The notes below the pieces were generated by a model that was not told the origin of the DNA, searched no databases, and saw only the letters and a program-made list of their open reading frames with translations. Both the position numbers and the translations under genes were made by a program. Shown piece after piece: positions 10,134 through 23,800 of a stretch of DNA of 64,000 nt (positions are counted from its first letter, which is position 1; each line of letters starts with the position of its first letter). The stretch is from Nymphaea colorata. Its lineage: Eukaryota. The stretch lies in the NCBI RefSeq assembly GCF_008831285.2, contig NC_045138.2:22754001-22818000 (forward strand). The letters are read 5' to 3'.

Positions 10134-13100
10134 TCAGACAATTTTCAGTTGAAGATCAGGCTGCCCAGCTTTCCCCTTATGCTTGTCGAAGAGCTCCTGA
10201 AGTGCTGCTATAAACTTCCCGTGAACCTCATCAACCTGTTCGGTAAACATTAGGTTGATAGGAAAGGACAATGTGAAGAGAAACGAGAAACACGTCATCC
10301 ATAGCTCAAAACAAAACAACAGCCTTAAATCCATTAATGGGTAGAAAAAACACCTCTTCTTTTGTAGGTTGGACAGTTTTTTTCACTTCAATTGGTTTTC
10401 CCACAACAACATACATGGGATTCCGCTTCGGAATTGGTGATCTGCAAGAGGATTCAGGAAGGCAAAAATTTACAAGATTCATATATATGATATTATGAAC
10501 AAGTTCAGAGATTCCAAAAGCTAGGAGACGAGGTCCATAAATTTCTACCCTGTTGAAACCTTATCGTCAGCAACTTCTCCATAATAAAGGTACCTCTGAA
10601 TATGTAAAGATGTTACGACAAAAGCTTAAACTAGTTGACGTAATGTGCATTTTCCAAATAGCTTCTTATATAGCAGGGGCTCCTAGATTATAGAAACATT
10701 CTTTACTTGAAACACAGTTATCCGTTGATTGATGCATGTACAAAGACTTGCAGAATACCAGAAAATATCAACCTATGTCATTTCAAGAATTATCACAATG
10801 AAATACTGTCTGAAGCTGCAAGGGACAAAAGTTCACTGTATCAGAAAGACAGAAACAACAGAAAAATCACACATAGAAACAACAGAATATTGAGATGGGT
10901 TGATAAAACAAAATCGGGCCAATGAGTCCAATATGCCAATAAGCATACACCCTGCTGACTTTCAGCTGGCTAAACTAGTTTTCACCTTAAAAGCCAGACA
11001 CCATCACCAATCTCACTTTGTCAAACGACACAGACTCAGGTCATGCTTCCTAAGTTTGTGGAATGGGATTCCTATGCAGAAAGAACAGTAGGATCTCATC
11101 ATTTGTTAAATGATACGTTTCCTTATTCTTCAGTTCAGGCAATTTATATTTCAAGCAAGTGAACCAAGGACATACCCATTTACACCCCAAAAAACTAGGG
11201 GAGTGAACTTCAGTACTCGAGCAAAACGAGTGTATAAATCTCCCTTTGGCTTCCACCATCCATAAGCATTAGTCTTCTCCCATGCACACAACTCCAGAAA
11301 TGGGTAAGAAATAACTGGTGGAGAAACTGGGAAACCATTGAAATATTTGTGTTTCTTACCTGTCCAAAGCAAAATACAGGAGCAATTGGGCAGCCCATCT
11401 CAATTGCAATACGTATAAAACCTTGCCGTCTCCTAAGGAACGCAACCTGCAAAAATCCGTCACTGATTTCAGCTACATTTCAATATCAGATTCCTGATCA
11501 ATTCAGACGGTTCAAACAAGTTTTTTATCAGCTAAAATAACAAATACTTCAGTGCTAATAGTATCTTCGGATAAAGTTCTGCTTCCAAAGAAGAACCAGT
11601 CAGGTGCTTGCCTCCACATTCCACAAACATAAGAATATTTGCTTTCTTTCAGCATCAACAGTTCTCTTGGATCATTTAACCAAGCCAGATACACCAAAAC
11701 TTAAAGGCACCTAAACAAGAAGTATAGGATAAACTGACACAAATAATGTTTGGCCTCAAATGAAAGACTAGGGTGCTTTAACCTTTTGTTCTATCTTTCA
11801 TTATTTAAGATATAGTATCAGGATGATGTATTGGTTGAAAGCTATATTACTTCATTATAGTGACTGAGATCTATCTAATGTATTCTGTCACCACTGCCAC
11901 TCATTTTAAGCTCTTGGAAATTGGAATACAAAGAGAACTCTAGGTACTTCACAAACCTCAGAATCTGGTTCCATATATGTGAGTTCCTGTACACCTCCTG
12001 GTATCAGAATGCAGCTATAACCAGCTGCTAAGTATGAAATGAAGTTTTTCCTTGAAGCAGGAATTAGCCCCAGCCATGTCCATATGTGTCTTAGAATTGG
12101 AGTATAAAACACCTGCCATATCCAAAAGAGCATGGTTAGCCAGTACTAGAAATGCAATTTCACAAGCATTATTTAATCAGCAAGGGACTTACTGCACTGC
12201 TGGCTAACACTTTGATCTTGGGCAGGGGCATGAAGCCTGTGTAATTGCAAAGAGAAACAACGCCTATAGGTAGGACCGAATGAGGCTCATAACCGAAAAC
12301 TGCACATAATACCCACATAACAAAAACAAAAGAAAATTCATCAGACAGAACAGAGCTACAGTGCAAGTTGGAATACTGCACTAAAAAGTTTCCACAAAAT
12401 TCAGTAACTCTCCTATTAGGTTTTCCAACAAAAAAGTTGGAAACATAGCCGCCACAGAGAATTCTGCACTATAAAGTTACAATGCTAAAATTTTCTCCAA
12501 ATGAGAAGCTACTGGACCACACAGATAAATGAACAAGCAACAGAAATTTGGGAGTTATAGAGAGAAACATGAAACCACTTTTCAGCTTGTGATATTTAGA
12601 TGAATATTGTCACATATAAAGTTCAAGCCTCACATAGTGTTCAAGAATGCCGGACACCTGCATATACATCAGAGCTGCTACGGTTGATTTTTTAGTGGCA
12701 GGGAAGATGATCTAACATTTAGCCTTCTGCACAGCTTGCAAAGCCTTCTAAACTCTGTGATTTTGTTTTTCAAGCCATAACAGCTAAAAGCAGAGACTAG
12801 GTGTTTCTGAAAAGTTTCTCAAATTAACACATTAAGTGACAATTATATCTTATTCGAACATGATCAGTGATTTTGGTAAAATCATTTAGCACCATGATCA
12901 CTCAATAGATACCTTAGTTTATAAAAAGTCGTGAGCCCTGTGGCATAAAAGTCAAATTCACAAGAAGATAGAACCGTTTTACTTTCCAGCATTGAAAAAG
13001 ATTGACTCTGTTAACCATGTGGATATGCAGCTAAGTAAGCAGACAAATACATTACAGCCTGATAAATATGAGGCATGCCATGTATGATATGATCAAGACA

Positions 13101-14092
13101 AAACAGGATCCATATCCCCGTAGACAAGGTTAAAAAATGCATATCAACCAGTCCTAGCAATGAAACTAACATGCTGGTTGAAGCTCCCAGAGGTCCTTTG
13201 CTAATTCATTAATTCACAAGGTCCTAAGTCTGGTAAGTACTTGGAAGCATGAATTTCATAGAAAGCATTTTTTTTCCTTTTTCTGATGACTAGAAAATCT
13301 TTAAGAAGAAAAAACCTAGGTGAGCATCAACAACAAAACCTTACAAGGGCAACAACATGGAAAAGTTCAGGCAGCAGAATAATAAGGTTAGAACTTAGAT
13401 CTAGGGACTTCAAGTTCACACTTCCCAAATAATAAGTTTGGGAGCTTATGCTATTGAAGCAGAAAGTGAGGCCTTCTTATCTTTCTATCTTCACTCAAAA
13501 CATGGATTATTTACTACTGACCAGCTGAATAAATTCCCCAAGGCTGGCAGGTTCCGAACAGAGCCTAAATTTCGTTACAAGCAAGAAAACTGAAGGATAG
13601 GCAAAAACATTATTTAAAACAGTAAAAGGCGGCGAAGGAGGAGGAGGTAAATGAAGACAAATACCATAAGCTTGATTAGGATCAAACGCCCTAATATCCT
13701 CAACATGAAGGGTCACGGGGAAATACCCAGTTGCATACTTGCATATGTATCTGCATCCAGATCACAGCCACCACATCACGATTATAACATTATAACATAA
13801 GAACAAATGATGCAAGGAAAGGGGAAAAAAATAACACAAATCGATCAGAAACTTAACTAGAGCAACTCATGCCGACTAACAGGTAGTCAATAGAGTGGAG
13901 CATAAAGCAGAAAAAAGAAGCAAGAAAAGGAAACAGACACAATGTTGGCAGTAAAGATAAGAGAAAAGAGCAGGCAGACTTAAGATGTCCCACCACCTTG
14001 ACAATCTCTGGCCCATGCTGCTATTGTAGTCGACAGGGATCACCATCAACACAAAAAGGATCCCCAACAACCTGAAAGATCAGATACACATA

Positions 14093-14136
<44 letters not shown>

Positions 14137-14344
14137 GGAGGAGGAGGTCAGAATCTGACACTACTGAGAGGTATCTGGGGAGCAGGAACAACGCAGCCAG
14201 GCACAGGACGAAGTTTAGGTGGATGGCGCCCAACCAGACGGCGAGGGCGACGGTGGACTTGAATGGGGAATAATCCGTTCGCCTGAATATTGCCGGCTTC
14301 GGTCCGTCGACCATGGGTTCAGGCCGGTCATTACTTCCCCCCAT
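10134..14344 (-). CDS. DGAT2: Diacylglycerol O-acyltransferase 2, 9 exons, 327 aa
   Basis: Exons 14344-14160, 14071-13997, 13750-13665, 12299-12193, 12112-11957, 11446-11360, 11273-11176, 10441-10354 and 10235-10134 total 984 nt, all GT-AG and in frame. Motifs YFP, EPHS, PGGVQE, RQGF, PVFCFGQ and VVGKPI are present, with an ER-retrieval-like C-terminus (LQLKIV). Confidence 0.95.
14097..14133. repeat. (GA)n microsatellite in DGAT2 intron 1
   Basis: Perfect AG run seen directly. Confidence 0.9.
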
Positions 14345-14348
14345 GAAA

Positions 14349-14407
14349 AGAGAGAGAGAGAGAGAGCGCGAGAGCGAGAGAGAGCGCGAGAGCGAGAGAG
14401 AGAGAGA
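14349..14407. repeat. Interrupted (GA)n/(GC) repeat in the DGAT2 5' leader
   Basis: AG run interrupted by GCGC/GCGA units, directly upstream of the ATG on the minus strand. Confidence 0.85.
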
Positions 14408-14583
14408 CGGGTCTTGCTAGCTCTCCACCAGTGGCCTCAGTTTCTGGAGCTTCCCTTCTACATTGCGTGTCATCTTCGCCCGTCGCCGTGATTATGAGTC
14501 CTTCTAAGCGGCCCACAGGTTGGCACCAGAAAAAAATGAAGTAAGAAACTTAAAATTTGTCTTTGAAGACTTACTTTTGCGCG

Positions 14584-14589
<6 letters not shown>

Positions 14590-14616
<27 letters not shown>
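14590..14616. repeat. (TA)n microsatellite
   Basis: TA run seen directly. Confidence 0.9.
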
Positions 14617-14619
<3 letters not shown>

Positions 14620-14904
14620 CTCTTTTCTTAAAAATAAAATAAATTTAGTTTTTTTTTTTAAAAGTAAGTAGTTCCAACGTGCTTAAAAGAGGCCACGGGT
14701 CAAGCCCATCCTTTGAGTTTTCACAAAACATATTTTTATTGTCTTTTAGGATAAAAAAAAGCATGGCACTTAAACGATCCAAACCACCTTACTTTACCGT
14801 GCAATACACGACCACCCATCGAGGTAAATAACATTAGTTTGCCGATTTTCTTTCTTAATGTTACCACTAGGCTCCTCTTCTTTCTCGCTCTTATCTAAGG
14901 TTGT

Positions 14905-15075
14905 TCTTGAGCCAATTCGTGAGTGTCTTAAAAAGAAGCTCAAACTTGGCTCGAGCTCAAGTCGAGTTCGATTTCATTAGGTCGAGTTCGATTTCATTAG
15001 CTCAATTTCAACTTGGCTTGAGTTCTTAAAACTCGAACTTGTTCGATCCAAAAATTGGCTTGAACCGAACCAAAC
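14905..15075. repeat. CTCGAG/AGCTC-rich MITE-like relic with a perfect 20-bp tandem duplication
   Basis: GTCGAGTTCGATTTCATTAG occurs at 14961-14980 and 14981-15000, inside repeated CTCGA/TTGAG motifs. Termini not resolved. Confidence 0.45.
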
Positions 15076-16717
15076 ATTTCATTTAAAAATTATCTTTTAA
15101 TAAAAAAGCAGCATATATATTTGAACACGTGAATACCCATTTGAACAACCTACTTCTTTTGATAATTTTTAGAGTCAATTTTATTAAGTGAATTTGCGTC
15201 GACCTCGCTGAACAGTCCTACTCTTATCGACTTTTAATATATCATTGTAAAAAGTAAAAAATAAAATTTTAAAGACTCGTTTGTAAGAAGATTTGATGCT
15301 AAGGTTTTACGTTTCTCAGTTAACAGAATTGTTCCCCTTTCTTTAGTTATTGTACATTATTTCTTTAAATAAAAAAAAAAAAAACCGATCTTGTTAAGCC
15401 GGTATTAGCCGATGCGTGCGTATCTTCCCATGTCTTAAGCACTAACAAACCGACGACACTATTACACGTTAAATGTTATAGTATCTTAATCTTATTTTAC
15501 ACGCTCAATATTAAAAAAAAGAGGGTTTGCTTATTTATGCAGCGACATTCTGCTCATTCATCAAAGGAAAGAGAAGCCTTTATGGCCTATGGGCAGCCAA
15601 ATTTTTGTACGCATTCGTGCAGTTTTTCAGAAATTGCATTTTTCAATGTTGAAACAATTTAACTAGTTGCGTTTATTTCTCTCTTTATTGAATTTTTAAC
15701 AAATGTTTGATTTAATTGCTAATTGTTGAAAACAACTCCTTTATGACTTGCATTATTAAGTGTTTAACAATGAACATGTTTGAGACAAGCAACAAAATGG
15801 TTGTTTGAGTTGTTTGTGGATTTCATTTTCTCATTTCTTAAGCGTTTCATTTTTTTCCTAAATCATAGTAAGAAGTAATTGATTGCGTTTGATTAGGCAG
15901 TTGGCAATGCTATGTATTTTCTTTAGTGAAAAAGATATCAAATGGTTGGTTTTAAGGCTTCTGATCCAGGAATTAACCATTTAAGGCATGAAATTAATTA
16001 AGTCAAAGCAACTTGTAAATTGTTCTTAGAAACATTGGCTTCTCACATGTAAAAACAATAAAATCAATTAGTGTCACAAATTAACTATATTACGCATTAG
16101 TATATGTGTGGCTACACTGACATTCAACGATTTTGTCAGTAATAGTTTCACAGACAACATGTAGACTAATGTTCGATAAAAAGATGTCAGTAAAACTTTC
16201 ACTGATGTTTCTTTGACCTTCACTAACGTTTTTCTTGTATCAATAAATGTGTTGTTTTTTGTGGTGTATTAGCATTTAGCTGTTTGTCTACTTGTCGTAA
16301 ACAATTATGGCACTAGTTTGGTCCAATGCAAACTTCTTTAAGTTTTATTTATTTATCAATCTCATTCTTCTCTTATTAAAAAAATGATTACTTGAAATCT
16401 TCTGAACTTGGATGCACATATCCAAATAAATTGTAGTGCACAAGTGAGGTGACTAAATCTTTCAATCGATGATGGTTTCTGACTACATTGAAAGGAATTT
16501 TTCAACAAAAAGAAAGTAGCCTTCTTATTTTTGTAACCATTTCCATTCTTCCACAAACATTAGGAGATGCCTCTATTGTGCTTTCATCTCCTATCTTTAT
16601 TTTCTTGTGCATCTCATTGTTCTCATAAGGGATAAAGCGTTTGTTGGTTTTGAGTTTTCCAACTGCTTTCTTTGAACAAGTTCATGTTTGTGTGTAACTT
16701 TTCTCTTTAATTTTTTT

Positions 16718-19620
16718 GCGAAATTCCGGACGTGCTTGAGATATTCTAGGGATCTGAAAAGAGCCGTTCCTTTGATCGTGCTTGAGCTTTCCCAAGAATA
16801 TTTCCATGACCATCAAAAAGAGGTAGGGCGAGAGCGGGTTGCCTTGCCTCGAACCTCTGCCTTCACCAAAAAGCCTCCCCATCTTTCCGTTTAGCACAAC
16901 CACATAGGAGGCATAGAAGATACATGTCATGATTCTTAGGCGCCAAACATCCAAAAATTTGAGGCACTCCATTGCCCTGTTAAAGAACTTGAAATTCACT
17001 CTGTCATGGGCTTTGGGGAGGTCAAGTTTAAGAGTAAAGAAGCTCCATTATGGTGCTCAAGGCTGTTAGCGAGCTCATGAGCCATAAGGACTTCTTGATG
17101 AATAAGGTCTAGAGGGGAGGAAGGCCCCTTGTTCCTGACTGAGAATGCGGCTGAGGATAGGTCTCTCATAATCTTGGTAACGAATTTGTAGATGCATTTG
17201 CAAAGTACAATAGGCCTGAAGTCTTTAATATTGATTGCACCAGTAAATTTTGCGATGAGCACAATGTACTGCCTTCTTCATCTTCTTAAGAATTTTGCCC
17301 GACACAAAAGAGTTTTTTATGGCCATCGTCACGCCATCCCCTACAATATTCCAAAATGTTTAAAAAAAAAACCGGCGGGAAAAACATTCGGCCCCGGGGG
17401 CTCTACTGCTGTGAGACTCAAAAACAGCCTGCCTAATCTCATTCTGGACTAGTCGGTCAAGGAAAATCGCGTCTCGCGTCATCCGAGGAGACAGACGGAC
17501 CATCTAAACCACTGTCCAACATATTGCCATTAGAGTCATCTGCACAGTAAAACTCTTCAAAGAAATCAGAGCAAGCATGAAGAATATTAGCTAAATCAGT
17601 ACTAACATCATTACCCATTGTTAGGGAGGAGATCAAAGTTCTCTTGAACCCAGAATTTGCTCTTGCTTAAAAAAATTGGAGTTCCGATCTCTATCCTTTA
17701 GCCAGTCAGCCTGGCGTTTCTGCCGCCACAAAAGGTAGTCTTCCTCCAAGGCCGGATGAAGCTCCTTACGGAGCACGAACTCCTGTGCCTTGTCCCTGAG
17801 ACCAGACTCGCAGCCTTTGCCCCGTATCCGGTCGAGTTACATTATCAAGTTCGCGGTTCATTGGCCTGTGTGACCAAAGACCATTGAATTCCACCTTGCG
17901 AGCGATTTTCAGGTCATTTACAGCTTGTAGATCAACGGATCATTTATAGCTACCTTCATCCAAGCAGCGTGCCATGAAAGTGCCATCTGACGAGGCAGGA
18001 ACAGTCATGACTGTATCTGTAGACGGCAAGGTGCCCCTCCATATCCCCATCAGGTGGTCATGCTACCCTTCTGTCATTGTCAACAAAACTCCCAGACGCA
18101 ACATCCACTTGACTGTCAACGGATGACCCCTCGGTTTACGTCTAGTTGCAGGTAGTGACCAAGTTACTAACTTTCTGGAGAGGCTTCCTTGCCCTCTTCA
18201 GTGGTGGAGCCCTTCGGGTCCGCAGAAGTGCTCGTCTTTGGCCTCCCTCTGCACAGGTGGCCTCGGCTGATTGACGGAGGTCTAGGATCACCGCTTCTTG
18301 CATCAGCATAGGGGCGCCCTGGTAAGGTAAAAATTCCAGTGAAACTTTTCCCCCATGGGGGTGTCTGAAAATCAATCTTGGACACAACCGCCACACTACA
18401 GTTCATCTTCATCTTCAGCTGCGTCTGGGTTCTTGTTCGCCCGGTGGCTTGTCTGGTTTGGACCTGTCAGGCCGCATGTGCCTGCTCCACCACGAGACTT
18501 TCCTTGGAGATGGGAGGGTTGGGGTCGCGTCGGTGATTTGTCGGAGCTGTCACAGTAGGATGGGCTTTTGTATTCACAACCGGAGGAGTAGCCTGCGCCT
18601 AAAACCTGTTTCATGAGGTTTGGTTGTCACTCCGAGCAGGGGTCCGATCTTAACTCTGTCTTCTATCTTTGGGAAGGTGTCTAAGCACTTTCACCTCCGT
18701 CCAGCCTGACGTTGGGGAAAGGGGGCTAGCTTCCTTTTTCCTGATTAGCAGCAACTTGACAGTTTTCAGTGAAATGTGAAGTGGCTTTACATTTAGCACA
18801 GAGCTTGAGACGCTCCTCGTAGACCACCTCCTGCAAGTGGGGTTGATCCCCACCCGCATGAACCTGCACTATTGATTTTGGCAGGAAACCAAGAGGAACA
18901 GAGATCCTGATCCTAGCAAATTCTACCCGCATCAGGGTTTTAGCTAGGGAGTTTGGGCAGACAGCTCCAAGTCTTCTTCAGGGATGAAGATCTTTGGGCA
19001 GACATCATCGCACATGACCTCCAACGGCTCGCCATATTCATCCTCTTCCATCGACTCCTGGAGCAAACGTTCTGCCCACGATTTGAGGAGCGACAGTAGT
19101 CACATACTAATGATAGAATCCACCTTTTTTTATCCTGTATCCTTTCAGTGAAGAGATGGAAATAGTGCATCTTATTATCATGCATGTGTCATTGGTGCCA
19201 CTTTCTCTCACGGTGAAGTTGAGGTTGGGGGGTCTGAATGGGGGTTGAAGAAGAAACTTTATTGGGGACGAAGAAGAAAGGGCCAGCAGAAAACTTGAAC
19301 AGATGAGGGCCATCCAACCAACTTGTAACATGAGAGAGAGAGAGAGAGAGAGAGAGAGTGACGGGAGAGACCGAACAATGTGAAAAAGACCTTAGACCTA
19401 AGAAGCGGTGCTAAGGAGCCGATCTTGAGGAAAAACAGGGAGCTAAAGAGCTGCTGCTAAGGACGAACCTGCTGGTGCAAAAGCTACAGGAAGAGGCATC
19501 ACATCAAGAAGGAGATGGGAAGAGAATGCCGTGTTAGGAGGAGGCCGCACAAGAGGGGGCACCACAGCAAAGAGAGTGCAACGCCAGTTGGATCGCTCTG
19601 AGTCCGACGTTTATTCGTGA
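16718..19620 (-). mobile_element. Degenerate L1-type LINE (ORF1 zinc knuckle plus RT fragments)
   Basis: GC-rich island. ORF1-like RVEFARIRISVPL and a CX2CX4HX4C knuckle (CAKCKATSHFTENC) lie at about 18930-18760. RT motifs IKDFRPIVLCKCIYKFVTKI (~17230) and GSRQGNPLSPYLFLMVME (~16850) are split by frameshifts. Confidence 0.85.
19332..19358. repeat. (GA)n microsatellite at the LINE 5' region
   Basis: GA run seen directly. Confidence 0.9.
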
Positions 19621-22600
19621 AATTTTTTTCTCCAGATTCCGCTCATTTTGTGTGGAAAAGTTTTCAGTTTGATGGTGCATGGGGAAACCATGCAATCCCA
19701 AAAACTTTTTTGGGTCGCTTAGTGCTTTTCCTGTGCGTCAAATGCTCCCTTATTGAATATATCTATTCCTATTAGGACTTATAAATTGTTCTCCTTCTAT
19801 ACCCTTTCTGTTTCAGACTTTCTGAGTATGATACTGATTCTTGGATATATGAGTTACATTCTACAGTGAGTTCCACCAAAAGCTAGTTTCTTTTACTAGT
19901 GTTACAGTGTATAATAGGTGCATGGTTCATGTGCATTAAACTTGGAAAATCAAATTGGTAATATGTGCAGTCATTTTTATGAGTTATCCAGTGGGTAAAG
20001 AAGCACCTGAAATATTTGCTTTAGTAAATTAGTAATTTACTCAGTTACTTGGCTCTATCTCTTAGCTGCATGTTTTCCATAGAGCATATGCATCAAACTG
20101 TTTAAAATTCGCATGTTATTGTAACGCCTTGTCTTTTCCTTGTGGATTTTCTATCACCACTGCCACCGTCTTTTTCAGCTAGTAACTTTCAACATTTTCT
20201 TCTCCTTTGCTGAGTAACAGCTTTTGCCTTTGCTGAAGCTTCTAATTTCTGTTCCCATGTTCACACTTGCTTTTCAAATGAAAACTCTTTGTTAGACTCA
20301 ATTTGGGTTGGGTAAGATCATCCTATGGTTTAAATAAATAATATAAGTTTTTGGAATAAATAATGTGGATTTTGAAGCCCATCATGAAGGTAATGGAGAC
20401 TCATTTAAATTAAAAGAGTTTAGAGAAAAAAGGTTTCTTTGATGAGCATGGTTTGGGTAGACCATAAAGAACTTATTACCCGTGATTGTCTTGTTTGCAC
20501 TAAAACACTAGGACAAAAACGTACCTTGCAGTATTTGGCAAATGCAAGTGTGGATAGTTTTGTAACCTGTATTACAAGGCTATGAGTAATTACCAAAAGC
20601 TGAAGATGCTCTTGGCTGCTCCCTCATTGTTAGGCTGTTATGCATTTGACTTATCTCTTGACTTGCTAACTGTACTATACCATTCTAATTTAGTTTATGC
20701 ATCTCTCATTGCCACAACTTTGCTGACAATGATCAAGCCATTGCTTTAACTGAAATAACCATAAGAGAGCATTTAGTTTGTGTTCAGGACTTGTCTTAAT
20801 GAAATTGTCATCTTTTCAGCCTTTTAGGTATGATGCTGATATAGAGAGTTGAGCGCTAGCTTTAGTTGGCATCAGGGAGTGGCCTTTCATATCAGGGACG
20901 TGTGTATCTGTGTGCCATCTGAAATGGCTTGGGTCACCATGAAAGCGTATGTAGATATTGGTTTTGGTCCATTTAATGTCACCAATATCTATGAGTTTCA
21001 CAGTGGGCAATTGTTTATGGTTCATCACTATAGCTCGGCGATGCTGACCGATCCAATGGTCGATCACTTAATTTTTGATTGAATCAATGAACTTTATTTT
21101 GTGTATTCTCTTATAGGTTACTTAGCTGTCCAGCAATCAAAATGAAGAACTGATTTCCATTGTATCATGGCCGACATTGTGTTCCCTCATGGGCTCTCCT
21201 ATCCATGGTCCTCCTTTATTCAGTTTCCTTTTGTTGTTTTCCCTGTTGGTTTAGAGTAGAAGCAATCTAACAGCTTTGTACAGCTCACAGTTGTTCAGCT
21301 GTCGTATGTACTGTATGAATGCAAATCACCATTTGTGAAATTAGTGGATAAGTTGAATGTTGTGATCCAGCAACTTGGTGCTGTTACATTTTTGGTTGTA
21401 CCAAAAATTCATTTATTTGGATGATCTCCTTGTCTCACCTTTTGCTTCGATGTTCTGTAATAAGCATAGACTTTTTTGTTCTTGAGAAAATATATAGTAG
21501 GAAGGGAAACAATTCAAGCTTCTCCTGGTTTGGATCAATGTACTGTCTTCTCAAATGCTGACTTAGAACTCATGGAAATGAACTTGACAAATAGAATATG
21601 CACTGCAACGGCTTTGCATTGTAGAACTCGTATAAACTCATGAAGGAATAGTTTGCTATAAGAGGGATGAGGCGACAAATTGCAGTAACTGTATTATTCA
21701 TAATCAGTGATTGTTTTTTTCAGCTATAGTCTAAGTGTTCTCAATATTCAGCTGAAGTGGATTTCTAGAGGCTTCATGAAAACCATTTTGTTGTCATCCA
21801 AACAAAAACCAGGTTTAAAAAGTAAAAACCTTGTTTGGATTTTGTTATCAAGACTGGTAAAGGCAGTGTGGCGAGATTGCCAATTTGTCTGAACCACCAA
21901 TCAATCCTTGAGGAGAAGGTCGTAATGAATGATAATACATACAAAGGAGGATGGTGGTTTGTTTTGTAATGTAATAGATGCTTTGCATTCTCTAGTTTAA
22001 ACAGATAGTCTTGTGACATAAAAGGCTGTTCTCTGTGCTCCTTTAGAGATATTAAGTATAATCTCGATGGATAGTTCTTCCTTTTTGCTGACATGCTACG
22101 ATTATGCAGCAACCCTTCTCCCTTCTTCCTTATCAGCGAATGGTTAGCCTTTGCAAAATAACTCTTATGAGAAGAAAAAGAAAGGTGATAAAAGGCCTTC
22201 CTAGCTCAACCTTAAGCATTTTAATATTCTTCATTAAACATGCCTTTATTTCAAATCAAGAGATAAGTAACTGGATACATCCAATTGCACAGATGGGGAC
22301 GCACCCAGAGCGAGTTATTTATGACAACCATTTTTTCTTTTGACTGAATCAAAAAGGCCAGGATGGACGATATTTTATACAGTGTTTTATTAATTCTTTT
22401 AATAGCTTTATGAAAGAGTGCAGTAAAAATATTTCTAATTAGAATGCCCATGTATCTTTATTGATTTACATAATGGACTTAATCCGTGTTAAATTGTGAA
22501 ACCACTCTCCCCATTGAAATCAAATCTTGTGGGCCTGCATGAGTTCCAAAACTTAGAATCCGTAACATCACAAGTTGGAGTTATTAACTATATTCGTAAT

Positions 22601-23409
22601 GGATCCAGTGTAGAACAAGAAAGGTCATAAAAAATTAATAAACTAATAAATATATTACCTAAATTTTTCTGTGAAAGAAGTCACAAATTAGAGCGCATAA
22701 AAACTTGATCCTGTGCATGTTTACTAGTGAGCTAATATTCCTCTTAATGTGATGTATCTGAGTGTACCAGCTCAAATTTCTTTGACAACAAGATGATGCA
22801 AAGTTAAAAATGTCATTGAAAGTTATTGCATCTAAAGTGCACGAGCTCAAAAGAATTTTGATTTTCATTTTCCCTCGTTAGAATTGCATCTATAGTTTCA
22901 AATCTTTCAATTCAAAATGTGGCAAACCCAAAAGTAACTTCCCTTCATAAGCAAGGATTTGGATAACATGCGTGTTGGCTTGTGTTTAGATATTTCACAG
23001 TTTTGATTTGGAAGGAAACCGAGAGAGATGACTATCACAATATTAGTGTATGATTGGAAAACCCAGAACCATCAAGGGTATGGTTTTTTCCTTTTCTTTT
23101 TCTTTTTTTCTTTTCGGAATTTGAAACCGTAACTTGAGTTTCCTCCATCCTAATTGGCTGAAAACTGCAGTTATGAGGACATTTATGTGAAACTACTTCA
23201 CATAAAGTGAACAGCGACTTGTTAATAAACCTCTATTATAAGGAAAAGCATGGCAGATGGTTGGAAAATTCGTCTAAAGTGCCTTTTCATTTTCTTGTTC
23301 TCTTCGTTGACAACATGAATATCAGATGTGAATTTTCTACAAAATTATACAAACACTGTATTTTTGCATTAGGCTGAAATCGGACAATTACAGGAGGCAA
23401 GCCAATACT

Positions 23410-23477
23410 TGCCTTGGTGGCACTCTTTGTTGATTTAATCTTTTTCTACACCTGCCTTGGTGGCACTCTTTGTTGAT
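23410..23477. repeat. 25-bp direct repeat downstream of CDKB2
   Basis: TGCCTTGGTGGCACTCTTTGTTGAT occurs at 23410-23434 and 23453-23477. Confidence 0.85.
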
Positions 23478-23800
23478 CCTAACAATTGTGCTGCGTTTGG
23501 CACTTGAAGGAAGATGGTATAATGCACAACTGTGCTATAAACTCCACAGGCTGAATATAATGCACAACTGGCTCCATGCCTAAAGGGTCTGTAAGGAGCA
23601 AGTAGAAACATGGCCATAATAGTTGCCTGTGCACCAAGAGTTTGCACAATTTTGAACACAGCAAAGAAACTGAACTATCATTCTAACAGCAGAATATGAT
23701 TCTGTATCATCCACTCTTAGTTAAGGACAAACTGTCACTAAACGGATGCTCGAGAAAAGCAAAATTAAAGACTTCATTTTTGGCAAAGATAAACCCTATC

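Noticed and set aside
16110..16268. CACTA-like right end, similar to 59420-59528
   Set aside because: Only degenerate single termini, with no matching left TIR or 3-bp TSD confirmed.
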